A program made the position numbers and the translations under genes. A stretch of DNA of 64,000 nucleotides from Leptogorgia sarmentosa (Eukaryota): contig OZ210885.1 in NCBI GenBank assembly GCA_964658305.1, forward strand, positions 3,906,001-3,970,000, written 5' to 3'. This document shows positions 1 to 14,000 of the stretch, in pieces. The notes beneath the pieces were generated by a model. That model was not told the DNA's origin. It was given only the letters and a program-made list of their open reading frames with translations, and searched no databases. Within the stretch, counting starts at the first letter, position 1. The number at the start of each line of letters is the position of its first letter.

Positions 1-73
1 ATGGACGACGTCATCATCGATTATGACGTTATCAAGACGTCGTCGTCCAGTGAAGTCGAGCCTGCGTAAGCTC

Positions 74-244
74 CTTAATAACATAGGGTTAGGCTACCTG
101 GAGGTTCGTAAACTTCCGAACGTGCGGCGATCGTCCCCGATGAACTTCGACACGACATTACCTAATGTATTAAGTATTGTATTTCCGAAGAAAAATACCG
201 AAGAACACCCGAGCGTCAAGGTAGCATGACCCTATGTTATTAAG
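74..244. mobile_element. Short MITE
   Basis: 16-bp terminal inverted repeat CTTAATAACATAGGGT / ACCCTATGTTATTAAG, non-coding interior. Confidence 0.6.
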
Positions 245-690
245 TGCTAAACGTAGCTTTAATTAATTTAATAACTAAGTTTCTTCTCTACCAGTAGACG
301 CATGCACGCCACAGCGTACCTATTTTTCTTCGTTTTTTTCAACATCCCAGACATTATGAAAGTGTTAAAAAGCAAAAATAGTCAAGGAAGAAACGAAAAA
401 AATTTGCGTGAAATATAGAATTTTAAATGAATAATAATGTTGCTAATACCAGTATTTAAATAGTGGCTGTCGTAAAACATTTTTTGCACGCTGCGAGAAT
501 ACCAGATTTTCAATTAGTGATATCTCAATTAATGCACGTTATTAGGTTTCTATCTGTATGCGATATACATTCTAGTATAGTCGATTATCGATAGTTTTTT
601 TTCAGCATGAATGTTGCAAGCGTCATGTATTTCAGTATTTGGCGCACACGCGCGCGAAATTCATGACCCGTCACGCATGATCAGGTATTT

Positions 691-1063
691 TCGCCTCGTA
701 CCCAGGCGCTTCTTAAGGCTGCTTTCCAGTTACGCGTTTTCATACGTACGTGTACGCGCGTAAAAAGTCTATACCCCTATGTATTTTATATATAAGATAC
801 ATTTAAAAACACATACTACATATCATACGACTACAAAGTACGAGATTCTTTACATTCATTCACGTGATTGTACAGAAACTAACGTTAAAATGAATTTCAA
901 TTTTTACGTGCGTACACGTACGTATGAAAAACGCGTAACTGGAAACAGCCTTTGGTTTAGAGAGATTAGGAAAGAATCCAAATAAGTATATAGAGATCGG
1001 GCGCGAGCGCGCCTGGCAGTGAACTGGCGCAGGGTGCTAAAGAAGCGCCTGGGTACGAGGCTA
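691..1063. mobile_element. Non-autonomous AcademH-like MITE with nested Harbinger-like MITE (716-951)
   Basis: Ends GCCTCGTACCCAGGCGCTTCTT / AAGAAGCGCCTGGGTACGAGGCTA match the termini of the 42824-53097 element. Inner inverted pair AGGCTGCTTTCCAGTTACGCG / CGCGTAACTGGAAACAGCCT. No clean TSD. Confidence 0.7.
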
Positions 1064-2904
1064 TGAATATCTTCGGAAGCAGTCGCGAGCTTTCGACTTT
1101 TGCTGGACAGTACGTTTTCCCAAGATGGCGGCTCTTTATAAGTTATAAGCGAATTTTGGAGTAAGATTTTAATGCGTGCTGCTTTACGATTGCGATAAAA
1201 ACTTAACAATGATGGGGAGCAACTCGATGGAATTAAATATAATCCAGCTGCAGAGTATCATTGACACTGAGTTTGAGAAGGCTAAAACAGGCGGGAAATG
1301 TAATCTGTAAGTTTTTAAATACAGTGTACATGGGTTTAATACTAGTTTTTCCGAATGAATAGGCAATGCGGTGACTACATGTCAGATAGCACAGGAGTAA
1401 TAACACATGCTTGGCGATTTGACATTTATCATTAAAGTTTCGTTTTGTTATTTGTACAAATTGATCCCGATCGTATGACCTCATTCAATACAGTCAATTT
1501 CAGGTCACTTTGCAAAGCGCAGTTCCACGTTTGTTTTGATTATTCCTAATTACATTTGCCAAACTTTAAAACACTGGAGATCGTGAATTTTTGATCTTGG
1601 TATTTCCGTAAACAATTGTGAAATTCGGCTTGGTTCTCACTAGTAAGTGCAACATTTGTAAAAACTGCTATTATTAGTCCGGTATTTATGGCAAAGAAAT
1701 TAACACAACAATGTTCTAGAGTCTTTATGAATCAAGCAGACTACAGAGTTAAGCATCTAAATTCAGCACAAGGCAAGCCAAATGTTAAAAACAATGAGAA
1801 TTCGAGATTTGGAGGCAGATCAAGCAACAAAAATTATTTAAAATTACATGTCATTTGTTTGGAAGAGTGTAATTCCCATGCTCATAGAAATAATAGATAT
1901 AGAATGCTCACTTGGTCACAGATCATGTCTCCACCTTTTACATGGTGGCCCTTACATAGCTGCCATTTTGAATTCAGCCAGGAGTGAGTGGTCTGAAGTG
2001 CATTTGTTGACATCAATAAACAAGGTTTCTGTAAAAGCAGAAACAATAAAAAGGTCCTTACTTTAAAATATTGCCCTTACTTGGCCACCATTTTGTCGGG
2101 GAAATTATTAGGTCGATTCCCACTCAGGAAAATAAGCATTCATTAGGACTGGATTCTTTTCCATCACTATCCACACCACTGGACAACATAAAAGTTGAAA
2201 ATACTTCAACTCTTTATTATATGATCATAGGTTCAAACTGCAACGGAAAGTTGTTTTGGAAGCTGGCCTCTGAACAATTCATTAGCAGATGCCACTTTAT
2301 GCACAGTAAATCCCTACATTTATAATATTGCAGTTCATATCAAAGGCGTTTAGCTTAAACCGTGTATGAGTAAAAAATATGGAGTATGTGTATGAATTGT
2401 TGACTTCATGTCAAACTAATCTTTCCATGTCTAAACAATTAACAACTCTGCACAGAACTACATATTTACTTGAAAGAATTTAAACTCAATATCTACAAAA
2501 TGAATAGGACTGTTTTTAAATTTTTGCCTATCCAGAGTTTAGCTTGATAAAGCACCTTTGATACAACCAGCCCGAGGTTAGGGCTAGGAATTAGGATTAG
2601 CCTAAATGGTGGAACTACGTGTACATATTATTAAACAGATCTTGTGTTTGAATTTTTGCACACAGCCTTTGCTACATGACTCCTGTACTGCAAGCATTCA
2701 CAACAACTTGTTTTCTAATCCTAGGTTAAGTAATACATTGGTTGATCGTGCTCAAGCTGTGTCAGGTAGGTTAAACTGTGACAATATTATTTGGGACATT
2801 GTTTTTTTTTAAAAATAATGCTACAATCTAACTTCAACTGTTCAGACAACTTGTCTTCAGAGGACTGTTGTTTGAAGCTAGGTCAATGCCAATCCCACAG
2901 GATG

Positions 2905-3195
2905 TTCATGAAAATTTGAGCCCTCTCCTATTTCTGATAGCAATGATACAGTAAGTGCATGAAAATTCAAGGCCTCTGTCGTATTTCTGATAGCAATGAT
3001 GCAGTAGGTGCATGAAAATTTGAGCACTCTGCCCTATTTCTGATAGCAATGATACAGTAAGTGCATAAAAATTTGAGCACTCTGCCCTATTTCTGATGAG
3101 GCGGTAGGTGCATGAAAATTTGAGCCCTCTGTCCTATTTCTGATAGCAATGATGCAGTAAGTGCATGAAAATTTGAGCCCTGTGTCCTATTTCTG
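2905..3195. repeat. 53-bp tandem minisatellite, about 5-6 copies
   Basis: Unit GTGCATGAAAATTTGAGCACTCTGCCCTATTTCTGATAGCAATGATACAGTAA recurs at 53-bp spacing. Confidence 0.85.
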
Positions 3196-3662
3196 GTAAG
3201 AACGGCTTTTCGTTCGTGTTTATTGTGCTTCTCTTAGATAGATGAATATCATCTATTTCAAGCATTGAAATAGCGCGCCGCACATTCGAAGTTTTGTCCG
3301 ACTGAAAAAGTCGAAAATGCGAAAATCGGTTTGACAGGCACGATTCGTATTCTGGCGTATGGAAAACACTGCTGACGCAACCATTCCACTAAGTTTTTCA
3401 AGAGAATTTTATGGGTAAAAAGTGTCCTGTACACTCCAGTTGTCGTATTTTCACGTCATCATCACGTAAAAAATCTCGGACGTTTTTCCAAGAAACACGT
3501 AATAGACTACAGTAGTGACACTCGTGTCCACAGCTCGTAGAAATGCGACTTCGTGTCCACACATCGTAGCGTGTTAACGTACTTTATATCAACATGCAAA
3601 ACAATATGAATCTAATTTTCACTTTTTCGAGCAATTCGTCATTTAGTTTTTGTGTTGTTTAG

Positions 3663-3744
3663 CTAAGCAGTTTGAGTTGAAAAATTTCTTGGAATCATTG
3701 GATGTTCAAATCAAGAATGAGGAAACACGGATTAGAAACAACAA
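3663..3744 (+). CDS. Possible upstream exon of the SETDB1 gene (AKQFELKNFLESLDVQIKNEETRIRNN)
   Basis: AG/GT-bounded open stretch with coiled-coil-like composition; linkage to downstream exons not established. Confidence 0.35.
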
Positions 3745-3772
3745 GTCAGTGAAAGCCCGTATATACTTGCAC

Positions 3773-3915
3773 TACTGTTACTGTTACTGTTACTGTTGCT
3801 GTTGCTGTTACTGTTACTGTTACTGTTACTGTTACTGTTACTGTTACTGTTACTGTTACTGTTACTGTTACTGTTACTGTTACTGTTACTGTTACTGTTA
3901 CTGTTACTGTTACTC
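3773..3915. repeat. (TTACTG)n microsatellite
   Basis: Direct observation. Confidence 0.97.
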
Positions 3916-5011
3916 AAAAAATAACGTACACTTGTATCTTTACTTGTGACATGAATTGATTTGAAGTGCTTACGTCACTCGGTCTTCCCATGCATGTGAA
4001 TACAGTTAAATTTATTCCCACATGTTTCCCACATTGCATTGCGATTCATTGTTTTCACACTGGCGTAACGCAAGCACTTCGAAGGTCTATTCTACAGCTC
4101 CTTTTTCATGTACGTTAGCCGCCAATCGCACACCTCGTCACATCCTTTGACTTGTTCCTTTGTATTCGTCAAATTTAGGGAAAGCGATGACGTCACTAGT
4201 TTGTCGCTGTTCGTTCAACGATTCTCCGCTGCTGAAAAACAAGTTAACAAAAAAGCACCAAGCGAAGTATCCAGGTACAAAAAAACCCAAATTTTTGTTA
4301 GTTACAGTTTTGCAAATGTGATCAAGAAGTATAGAATATTTTTTCTTATGAGTTGCTGTTGCATTATTAGTTGAAACATGTATGCAAGATACTTTATATA
4401 TGCGATATAATGTCATTGTAGTCACCTTCCTTGAAGTTGCATGACTGGATGAAAACGGTCGAGAACTGTAGACGTTGAAATAGACATTTACGCAGATTAC
4501 GCGGTTCCGAGCATGCGCGCAATACATTTGTAAAAACAACAGTGATTAAATATTAGGTTTTCGTCATTTATTGTCAACTTCGAACAATGGAAATGTACTG
4601 AATGTGTGCACTGCAATGATGTTGATACTTTAGGAAATTATACACTTGTTCTCGAAAAATTAATGAAAAATTGTTCTTGTGTCTCGTACGTTCAGTAATA
4701 TTGCACTTCTTGAATCGTGTACAAGTCAATTCAAGTCAAGTCTCATTCAATTGCTCATTGTATATCATATTCTTGTTATGTTGGCTACATTCAGCATCTG
4801 TTGCATTCAAATACAAATATCCGAGTATTCTTTTCGAGTTTGGAATTCTAGGTTTTTGAGTTTTGAGCTTGACGTTCGAAGGAAAATTAATTATGTGTAA
4901 TTTCGCGTACTAAACCTCGAAGTGATAGCAGACTGAAGTTGAGGGTTGAGAACCTGCTAGGCTGTTAATTATCAGACAAAGTGATTAATGTATGGTGTTC
5001 CATAATTATAG

Positions 5012-8000
5012 AAAAAACCCTGCCCCTGCTGTTCAGGTCAGTGGTGGAAAAGACACCCCTATTGTCATTGACGATGAGGAAGAATTTAAACAGACTGTTG
5101 AGCAAGCTACAAATCTTGTAATCCCTGGAGTAGTCACACCAACACCTATAAATATTACTGAGAAAACGCAGCCAAGACCACCACAACATGAAGTATCAGC
5201 GGACAACACAAGACGTCGTCCTTTGATTCTGGAAAAACCTGGGACAATTCGACGGAGCAACAATGAGGTGAAAATTTCAGAAGGTTGGTGTTTTTTATTT
5301 TGTCTTTGGTGATTATCACGGTAACTTATTTATTACATCAACAATTCTTACATAAAGCCACAATTCTTTAATAATTCATTGCACAACTTCTTGCAAAACC
5401 GAAAGCAAGTCGTAATTTCGTTTAAACCTGCGATCCATGAATCGGCATTTTTGCGACATTTTCACGTCTTCTTTCATGTTGTGTCGCTAAGCTGTCTAGT
5501 AGACCACCAATGGTACGAAAATACTTCTGTAAAATAATCGAAAATATTCCAACTTAGGTTACATTTAGTGTATTGAATACTGGTGATTTCTTTCAGCTCC
5601 TCCGAAGGTACCACAAGAATCATCTAGTTTGGAACCAAAATCTACAGCCGCGCAGGTTGTTCCAACAAGGTACTATATATCCCCGCGACCTACGTAATCT
5701 GCAATTTCAATATACCTTAAATGCATCATGACGTACAAACATGCTTTAGGAGAGTCGCAATAGAAACCGCTGCAAGTCAACGCTGTTGTCACACCAAAAC
5801 AAAGACAAGTTCTACTTTCCATGCTAAACGTCCCAGAAGATTTGTATTTGACATGCGCGGTAGCACCCTATTGTAGTTGAAGCTCAAGTTTGTTATACAG
5901 GGTGTACAAAAAATACGCAACTGAGTATTGAAAAAAATGATCTATTGTCATAATTTCAATGGCCTAACACTGTGCTGAATATGCGTTTTACAAAGATATT
6001 TTATTTTGTGAATGAGACAATACTTAACTTATTCACCTGTCAATATTTTGACTCTTTGCATTCAGCTTAGTACTAGGCCATTGCAGTAATGACAATAGAT
6101 CATTTTCAATATCCAGTTGCGGGGTTTTTTCGGTATACCCTGTAGGCAAACAATCACACAATTTTCAACACACTTTTAAGGTGTTATCCAGGCGATTATA
6201 CTTTCTTAGACATACGTAATTATTATGTAATATAGATCTTTCGCAAACGTGTCAGCAATGTCTGCCGAGAGTGACGTTTCTACCGAAACAGCATCCTCGC
6301 CAATAACAGACCCTGGTCAATCCAGCCAAATCAGCGATTTCCAAATCAGCGAAACAGAAGCTGCCCCAAAGGAAGAGGAAGACCAGCCAGAATCGTCAAA
6401 TAATGACAGCTTGTTGAAGGAATTGAATAGGAAGTTGGAAACTCCAGAATTGAAGATTGAAGCAAAAGCAAGGTTGGTATTGTAAAGGCAGTTTCTCTAA
6501 AAGGGGAAAGGTCTATTATTTTGATTATGTAATATTTTTTTAATTGAACCGTTCTAATCTTTTCAGTGTTCGACCTCACAGTCCCTCTGATTTTATTATT
6601 GGTACACGAGTTCTTGGCAAGAGATCAAGTGATATTTGGTTTCCAGGTATGAAAACATGAGAGAATTGAGGGAAACTGATCAACTGTAAAACCCCTCTGG
6701 TATGTGTAAAGTTTCCACTTTCCGTCGCCAAATCGCCAAGTTAGGTGGAGCACATTCACACATTCGCGTTTTGAAATCGATTGTGTTGACGGTCTGTGAA
6801 CGTGAATATTCATATGAACCCCCCCCCCCCCCTCCTTCTTATCGAGTCTGGCGACGCCACAGCATGCACTCCACACATAATGTCCCATACAAAAATGTCC
6901 CTCACAAGACGTGCCATAAAATGGTATTGGTTAACCCTTCAAATTTAGTCTTCATCAAGCTTCCTGTATCTCCTATATTATTAATTACGTTACAGCACAT
7001 GCAGTGATTCATAATCCTCAATTATATGTATTTTAGGCGAGATCATCAAAACTATGACTGACAGGGGTGGACAGGTATCTATTAAAACGAAAATTTTCTG
7101 TATGTCGCCGTAGACCATCGAAGGAATGGACTGGAAACGCAAGCAAAAGCGTTAATGTTCCTTGATAGTCTATGATGTCAAATAACTTTTCTCTCAAAAC
7201 TCAAGCTCGTTAAACATGAATTTCGAACTTGACACTTTAGTGATTCCAATATTTGTTATTTGCTCACCTTGGGTTAGTTTTGTATATGGTTGATTTTACT
7301 TTCGACTAAAGCTGCTGGTATTTACGTAGATCAATCATAAATTCAACTGGTTTAACTGGTTTCACTCATTAATTTTGTGTATTTTTCTTTAGGTGAGGTA
7401 CAGTATCAAGTATGATAAAGGTCCAAAAGGTGTATTGTCACTGAACCATATATGTCCTGAGGAGCCAGCTGTGATATGTGATCTGAGTGTGGGAAGCAGA
7501 GTTGTTGGTACGTTGAAACTATCCACAAAATGATGTCACAGAAATTGACCATTACAAAAAACATGGCGGCATGTACATTTTACCAGAATACACAGCTGGT
7601 ATTAAATACATAGAACTGAAGCGTACGAGAAGCATAGGTAATGGAAAGAAATTTTAACACTAGTGAGAAAATATAACTTGATGTCTTCTGTCTGTTTTTC
7701 AAAGGATATTAATCTGCTTTTTTAAACGATTTCAGACCGCATTGCATTCTGGTAAAGTGTATAATTCCGCCATCTTTTTTGCTATAGTCAATTTCGACAT
7801 GTGTATAACTCTTACTCGATACTATGGCGCATTAACCGTACAGAAAATGTTTTGCACATCAAGTGAAATGTCATTAAATCATGTTAGAAGCGAATAATCT
7901 TTTTTTTTGAGATTTTTCAACATATTTCCATCGTATAATTATTTTACAGCTCTGTATGGAACTTTAAATATCTGGTACGCTGGCATTGTTGCCGAGATGT

Positions 8001-11000
8001 CCTGTCCCGGGAACAAAAATCGAGTGTTGGTTTTCTTCGATGATGGCTTCGCTCAGTACTTGCCGATAAAGAAAATTCACAAAGTCCATCATAAAGGTAA
8101 AAATATCTAAAACTGGAAAGAAAAAGTTAAAGAAAGTGTGTTACGCATAGAACTTTTTATCTCCCAAGCCTAATGCAAATGAACTCAAACAAAGAACTTA
8201 CTGTAGGTTATTAACATTAACTTCGGCACATGAAAAGTTCGACGTCTGATATTATTATTTATAAATTATAATCCTGAGCCAGTGAAGCCATGCTTCATTC
8301 TTAGGCGTGAAGGCCTGGGACGAGCAAAGAAAGTTCTACTCACTACGTAGAGGATTTTACATTCCGAAGTGCAGTTCGGGTAGTGAGTAGAACTTTTGCT
8401 GTTTGTTAATATTACTGTAGGATAAATTCCTGCGGGTCTTCTTTGTATTACTGTATTGTGTTCGTACACACAATGTGTGATCTATTTTCATTTCAGGTCA
8501 AAATGTTTGGGAAGATGTGATTGAAGATTCACGGGATTTTATTCAGGAATACTTGGAAGATTATCCTTCGGTATGTGTTACCACTAGTGTGTAACTGTTA
8601 TACAGCTGATCCAAAAAGGTTTGTCTTTCAAAAATCCCAAACCTTGGCTCTAAGCGCAGTGGCCTTAAGGCATGATGGGTCTTGCTTATTCAGAGCCTTC
8701 GAGCTCTTTGCAAACAAGCAGGTCTATATATATTGTGAAATATCCTGGACAACGCTCGAAATAAATTTTATATTTCAGCACATCCATGCATCACTCTCTC
8801 TTTATTTCGTTATTTATTTTGTTGAGAAACTTTAGCAAAATATTCTTGTCTCATTCTTTACACGGAAATCGTAAATTTTAGCTCAATTTCCATATTTACA
8901 ATCCTAAGCCTAACCAAACCTACCGTAGCTCTACTGTAGTGGCTCCCCTAACAAACCTTTGGTTTAATCCTTATTCGAACCTTTTTTCAGCGACCTATGT
9001 TGCATGTGCGAGTTGGACAATGGATTCGAACTGAATGGAAGGGTCAATGGTAATACCAAGTCTTGTCTTCTAAGATCTTATTTTTACGTTTTAATAAATT
9101 TTTCGCGGTGTCTGTGAGGACCAATTGGAGGAGGATGTAGACTAGTGGTGGATTTTTCATGTCTCACAACCGAATCAAATTATTGTTTCAACATAGACCT
9201 TCGATTTTAAAACAATTTGAAATAGGAATATATTAGGAATATATAATTATAGCAGCTCGAAAGAGCATCCAAAATTTAGCGCGACTGGAAAATTTGGTTG
9301 CAAAATATTGTAAAATAAGGAGAATATGAAAATAGCAGAAAAAATATGATGCATTTTATTGGTCTTTAGGTTGAGAGCGAAAGTGATGAGTGTTGACGGT
9401 AGTCTTGTGAAGGTTTGTTTTATTATTTTACTCTAAGTTGCATTTTATTAAAAAATTTCAGTTTTTTCTGGACACAACCTTGGTCTTCGCAGTTGCCAAA
9501 TATTCATGGTGAACCTTTAGCAATTCTTTAAACAAGCGCTTCTTATGAAGGTTTTACTTGTAATTCAACGTACAGATTTCAACTTCCTCATACTACAGGG
9601 AATCCAAAAAAAACGGGACCCGCATAAATAATCATGTATTCATTAAAAACGAAATCGCTTTGTTTATCACAGTACTTTTATTCTGTTTTGCTTAATGCAT
9701 AACTACACATTTAGTTCATAACATTTAGGTTCAATTATTTACAAAATGAATTGGAGTGTTTTTAAAATTTTGCTTATCCACCGTTTAAGCTAAACGCCTT
9801 TGATACAACCGGCCCCTGATCTCAAAACAACAAAATATTTTTCCAAAAATATTTTCCACAAATTCATTGCACTACAGATTTTTAGTGAGTTACTTGCAAG
9901 TGATTTGAGAATGTACATACACGATCGAATAGTGCAGGTGTTTTCTCAATATTAAATTTAGTGAACAATCGTAACTCCGCTCTTTGTGTTTCAGATGTTG
10001 TTTCAAATCGATAACCGTTCAGAGTGGATTTATCGTGGCTCGACGCGACTCGATCCATTGTATACAGCGTTGGTAAGTGTTTCAATAAGGAAACTTTAGA
10101 TTGCTAGGGTTACATACTTCTACTCTCCATCGTAAAATCATAGGTTCTAACTGGAACAGAAAACTAGTATCGGGCCCATTCGCGGGTGCAACTTTGTTCC
10201 TATCCTGTCCAATCCCATGCTTTTTATCCTGAGTGGAGATCGGCCTTTGCTACCTTCAATCGGAAACCATTCCCAGGCGAAAGTGGCTGTGATAGCAATT
10301 TGTGGTTTTCTTCAATATCCTTCATCTGTAGATTCAAGTTGCATGGTGCTATAGTGGTGTACCAGTGTTCTTGTTATTTTGCGAGCGTCACTGTAACAGT
10401 AGTTTATGTGACTGTCGTTTTGTCTCTAGGTAATGGGTGAAAAAACCCGATCCACAAAAGCAAGATCAAGAAAATTGACCAGAAACACATCATCGAAAGA
10501 CAATGCACCTTATATTGAGTACAACATGACAAAACCATGCTACGGCGTTTCACCGTATAGTAAAACTGATCCCAAAGGTATGTTGTTATTGTATATTGTG
10601 CAAGTACTCAGTTCATGATGTGCGAAACACTTCATGGGAGTAACATGAAGTAGCGCTTGAAAATGAACCAGGAGATTGTCAGCATCAGACAGAGGGGGAA
10701 ATTTTTTCGATTTAAAGGGTATTGGCACTAAAAATTTTTATTGGTTATTTCAAACGTGTTGTACTATCTAACAATGAATCTGGTAATAATTCCTCACGAA
10801 ATATTTTAGTTTGCAAGATATATGCGTTTAATTGTGCCCAAAATACAAAAATCGTCCGCCATTTTGGAAAAATTATCTTTTGGTAATATGACCTGTTTGA
10901 CGTCATTAGTAGGGTAAGATCAAAACAACAGTATATATATTTTATAGTTCATATTTGCATCGGACAGCTTTTCTCAAGTAATTATTGCCTTTTTGATTAT

Positions 11001-14000
11001 AATAATGGAAAATATTCATGAGAACCAAATAGGCGAAGTATTACCTTACCAATTTGAGCCAGAAGCGGGAGCAAATGCGAGTAATTTCAGCGATAAATGT
11101 GATTGGGACGAAGACAGCGAGTTGTCTTCCTCAGATGAGGAAGTTGATGAAGAGTTCGAAATAGAGAATGCTTGACGCCGCGAAACTTTGAGTTGGTGCA
11201 AATGTGGACATTGTGCCTTATCAACAAAAACTATCGAATGTTTCTGTTGTCACGAGAAGGCTCTAGAGTACGAGAATATGATGCTCTGCTCAAGTTACGC
11301 ACTTTATGCTAATCTTTCCTATTACTTGCTCCGTGGTTGCGCACCCACGTAATTTTTAATTCTACAAGTTCCCGACCAAGTATATTATAATATACGCAAC
11401 TTGCGCTTCTGTGCCCGATAGCTAATGTCTTTGTCTCGACTCTTGTATATATAAAAGAATGCATGATATCGAATATATACACTTTATTATTTTGTAATAC
11501 TGTCGTTAAAATATTACGAGGCCGTAGTGCTACAACTTCGCATGGTCGCTTGATATCAACATTCCTTCCCTTGGTCATGCTAAGTGTTTTTTTCCGATTT
11601 TTGTTTTTGTGATTCCTAGACGCGCTATATCGCAATTACCCACTCTATGCTAATCTTTCCTATTTACTTTCTTTGTGGTTGCGCACCAATGTTCTTCTCA
11701 ATTCTACAATAATATGCGTGTCTGTGTGTATTTTGAAAGCTGATAGCCGATGTGTTTGTCTCGACTCTCGCATAAAGAAAGCAAGAAATCGAATATTATA
11801 CCCGTTTACTCATGGCAATGTCGTTAAAATATTAGCAGTCTGCAGTACTATTATTATTTGATATTGTAACTCATAATGCTTTGGCAATTTCGTTGCACAG
11901 TTGTGTTTAGAACGCAATTATCTGCATTCTGCAGTGTAGCTTAGTTTGTTGTTTTGCCCGAAACCCTACTAATGACGTCACAAAATGTATTCATGAATAA
12001 ATTAGCATACGGGGAATGGCGGACAAGCGTCAAACATTTTTACAATTTTCTCCCGAAATAAACGATTAAGACAAGTGAAAATACGAAATTAAGTATTCCG
12101 TAGGCAAGCTTGAAAGATATTGCCAATAAAAATTTTTAGTGCCAATACCCTTTAAGCTTCTTTTCCACTTATTGGAGGAATTACCTCGCATGGTCGCTGC
12201 GAGTCTTTTATTGAATTATAATGCTCAAAAATTTGTTTTGATTAGATGCAGCCACCTTTCTTTTTATCCTGTTGGAACAAATCTCATAGTCAGATAGCTA
12301 GTCTCTATATAGGTACGTTTACACGCTGCGATTTGTCGGGCACGATCCGAATTCTGGAGTATGAAAAATACTGCTGACGCCACCAATCAATTTCGTTAAT
12401 ATTAAGCCGTAATTTGAAATACGACTTCCGCACACGCATTCACTCGAAAGCATACGCCAGAATGCGGATCGTGCCCGACAAATCGTAGCGTGTAAACGTA
12501 GCTTAACAAAGAACCAGACCGCAGACGCACATTTAGCTACTTAGCTTTAACACGAAAGTCAATAATCTTGGAGAGGGAGAGGGATAGGGGGAGGGGGGGG
12601 GCAATTTTGCAAGAATGGAAGTGTAAAATATGTCTTGTATACAGCCGATATATCTATAGCAATTGTTTAGGAATTCAACAATCGCAATTAGAAGAACAAC
12701 GACAGCTCACCCAGAAGCAACATGAGGTTTGTACTGTATTGGCATACTCTACGTATTTGCTCGAAGTGCTTGTAGGACGAACTCTTTCAACTCTGACGAC
12801 CATTTAAATGACATTTAAGTTCTACTCACTACCTAGCCAAGAGATTTAGATCTGAAAAAGCACAGGCTGCGAATATTTTAAAGACTTAAAAACGACTTAT
12901 GTTATAAAAGAAACACGAAGTCTGAGTCAAAGCCAAAGTTTATATAAATTAACGTGAATGTTTATCACAAATAAAACCTCTGCTGCGGTTGTGATTTCCT
13001 TTGTTTGTTTCTCATGAGTTATTGTTATACCTCCTCTCGGAACATGCAGATACCATATTTTAGTTTTTATTTCCAGGGTTTGAAACATCCAAAACAAGAG
13101 CCGCGATTACCTTTGCCTCAAACAGAAGAAAAGCCTGCGGTGAAAGTTGAAGAAACACCTGTAGTCGTAAAAGAAGTTAAACCGCCGTCTCCAGTAATAA
13201 CAGAAACAAAGCCACCTTTAACTGAAACGCCAAGAAAAGGTACGTTTTGCCCGATACCATTATCGTGCATGATTGGCATTCTGGCGTATGGAAAAAAGGT
13301 GACGTCAATCCCTATTGATTATGTTAGGACGGCATTTGAAATATAACGTCGTCTTCACGTATGTTCACTTGATTTCATACGCCAGAATACGAATCGTAAG
13401 CGATAATCGTATCGTGTGAATTGGGCCTTTATATTGTCTCTGATGATTTCTTGACCAAGGCAGTTTTTCAAATGATTATATTGTCTCTAATTTTCCTAAT
13501 TCAGAAGTTCGTTTAGAATGAATCGAGTAGTCTTCATGAAATATGCGTTTCATTTCTTTGTAGATATCGTGATACTGGATAATAAACCTATCATCGATAG
13601 TACTTATTCCTGCATCCAGGCGAGCACTATGAGGAAAAAGACTGGAGCTACTTTAGGTATGACTGCTCGTGTTGTGAGCGTCAATATAGTCACAGAGTAA
13701 TTACTCATACAGAGGTGTAACTGTTGTACCCACTATTTTTGTGCGCATACTCGGCAAGCTACTAGATGCGTGCATCTGATTGGATGACGACCTGATGACG
13801 ACTAAATTTATACTTGCCAAGCATGCGCAGTTGATCATTTTTTGCCGATCGCTTTGAAAAAAAAGTGGGTACATCAAAATGTTACTTTTTAATATTGAGT
13901 TACACCTCTGTATGATATATACTCTGTGATATAGTGCAGGCACATTTCTAACCATTCCTGCGGGCTCATGTTGTCAGCGGACATCTGGCGAACCCCACGT

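Noticed and set aside
1121..1148. CAAGATGGCGG as the SETDB1 start codon
   Set aside because: The frame closes after seven codons; could be a promoter or initiator motif but this cannot be supported further
3650..3949. Poly-CY and poly-NS ORFs
   Set aside because: Translation of the (TTACTG)n microsatellite
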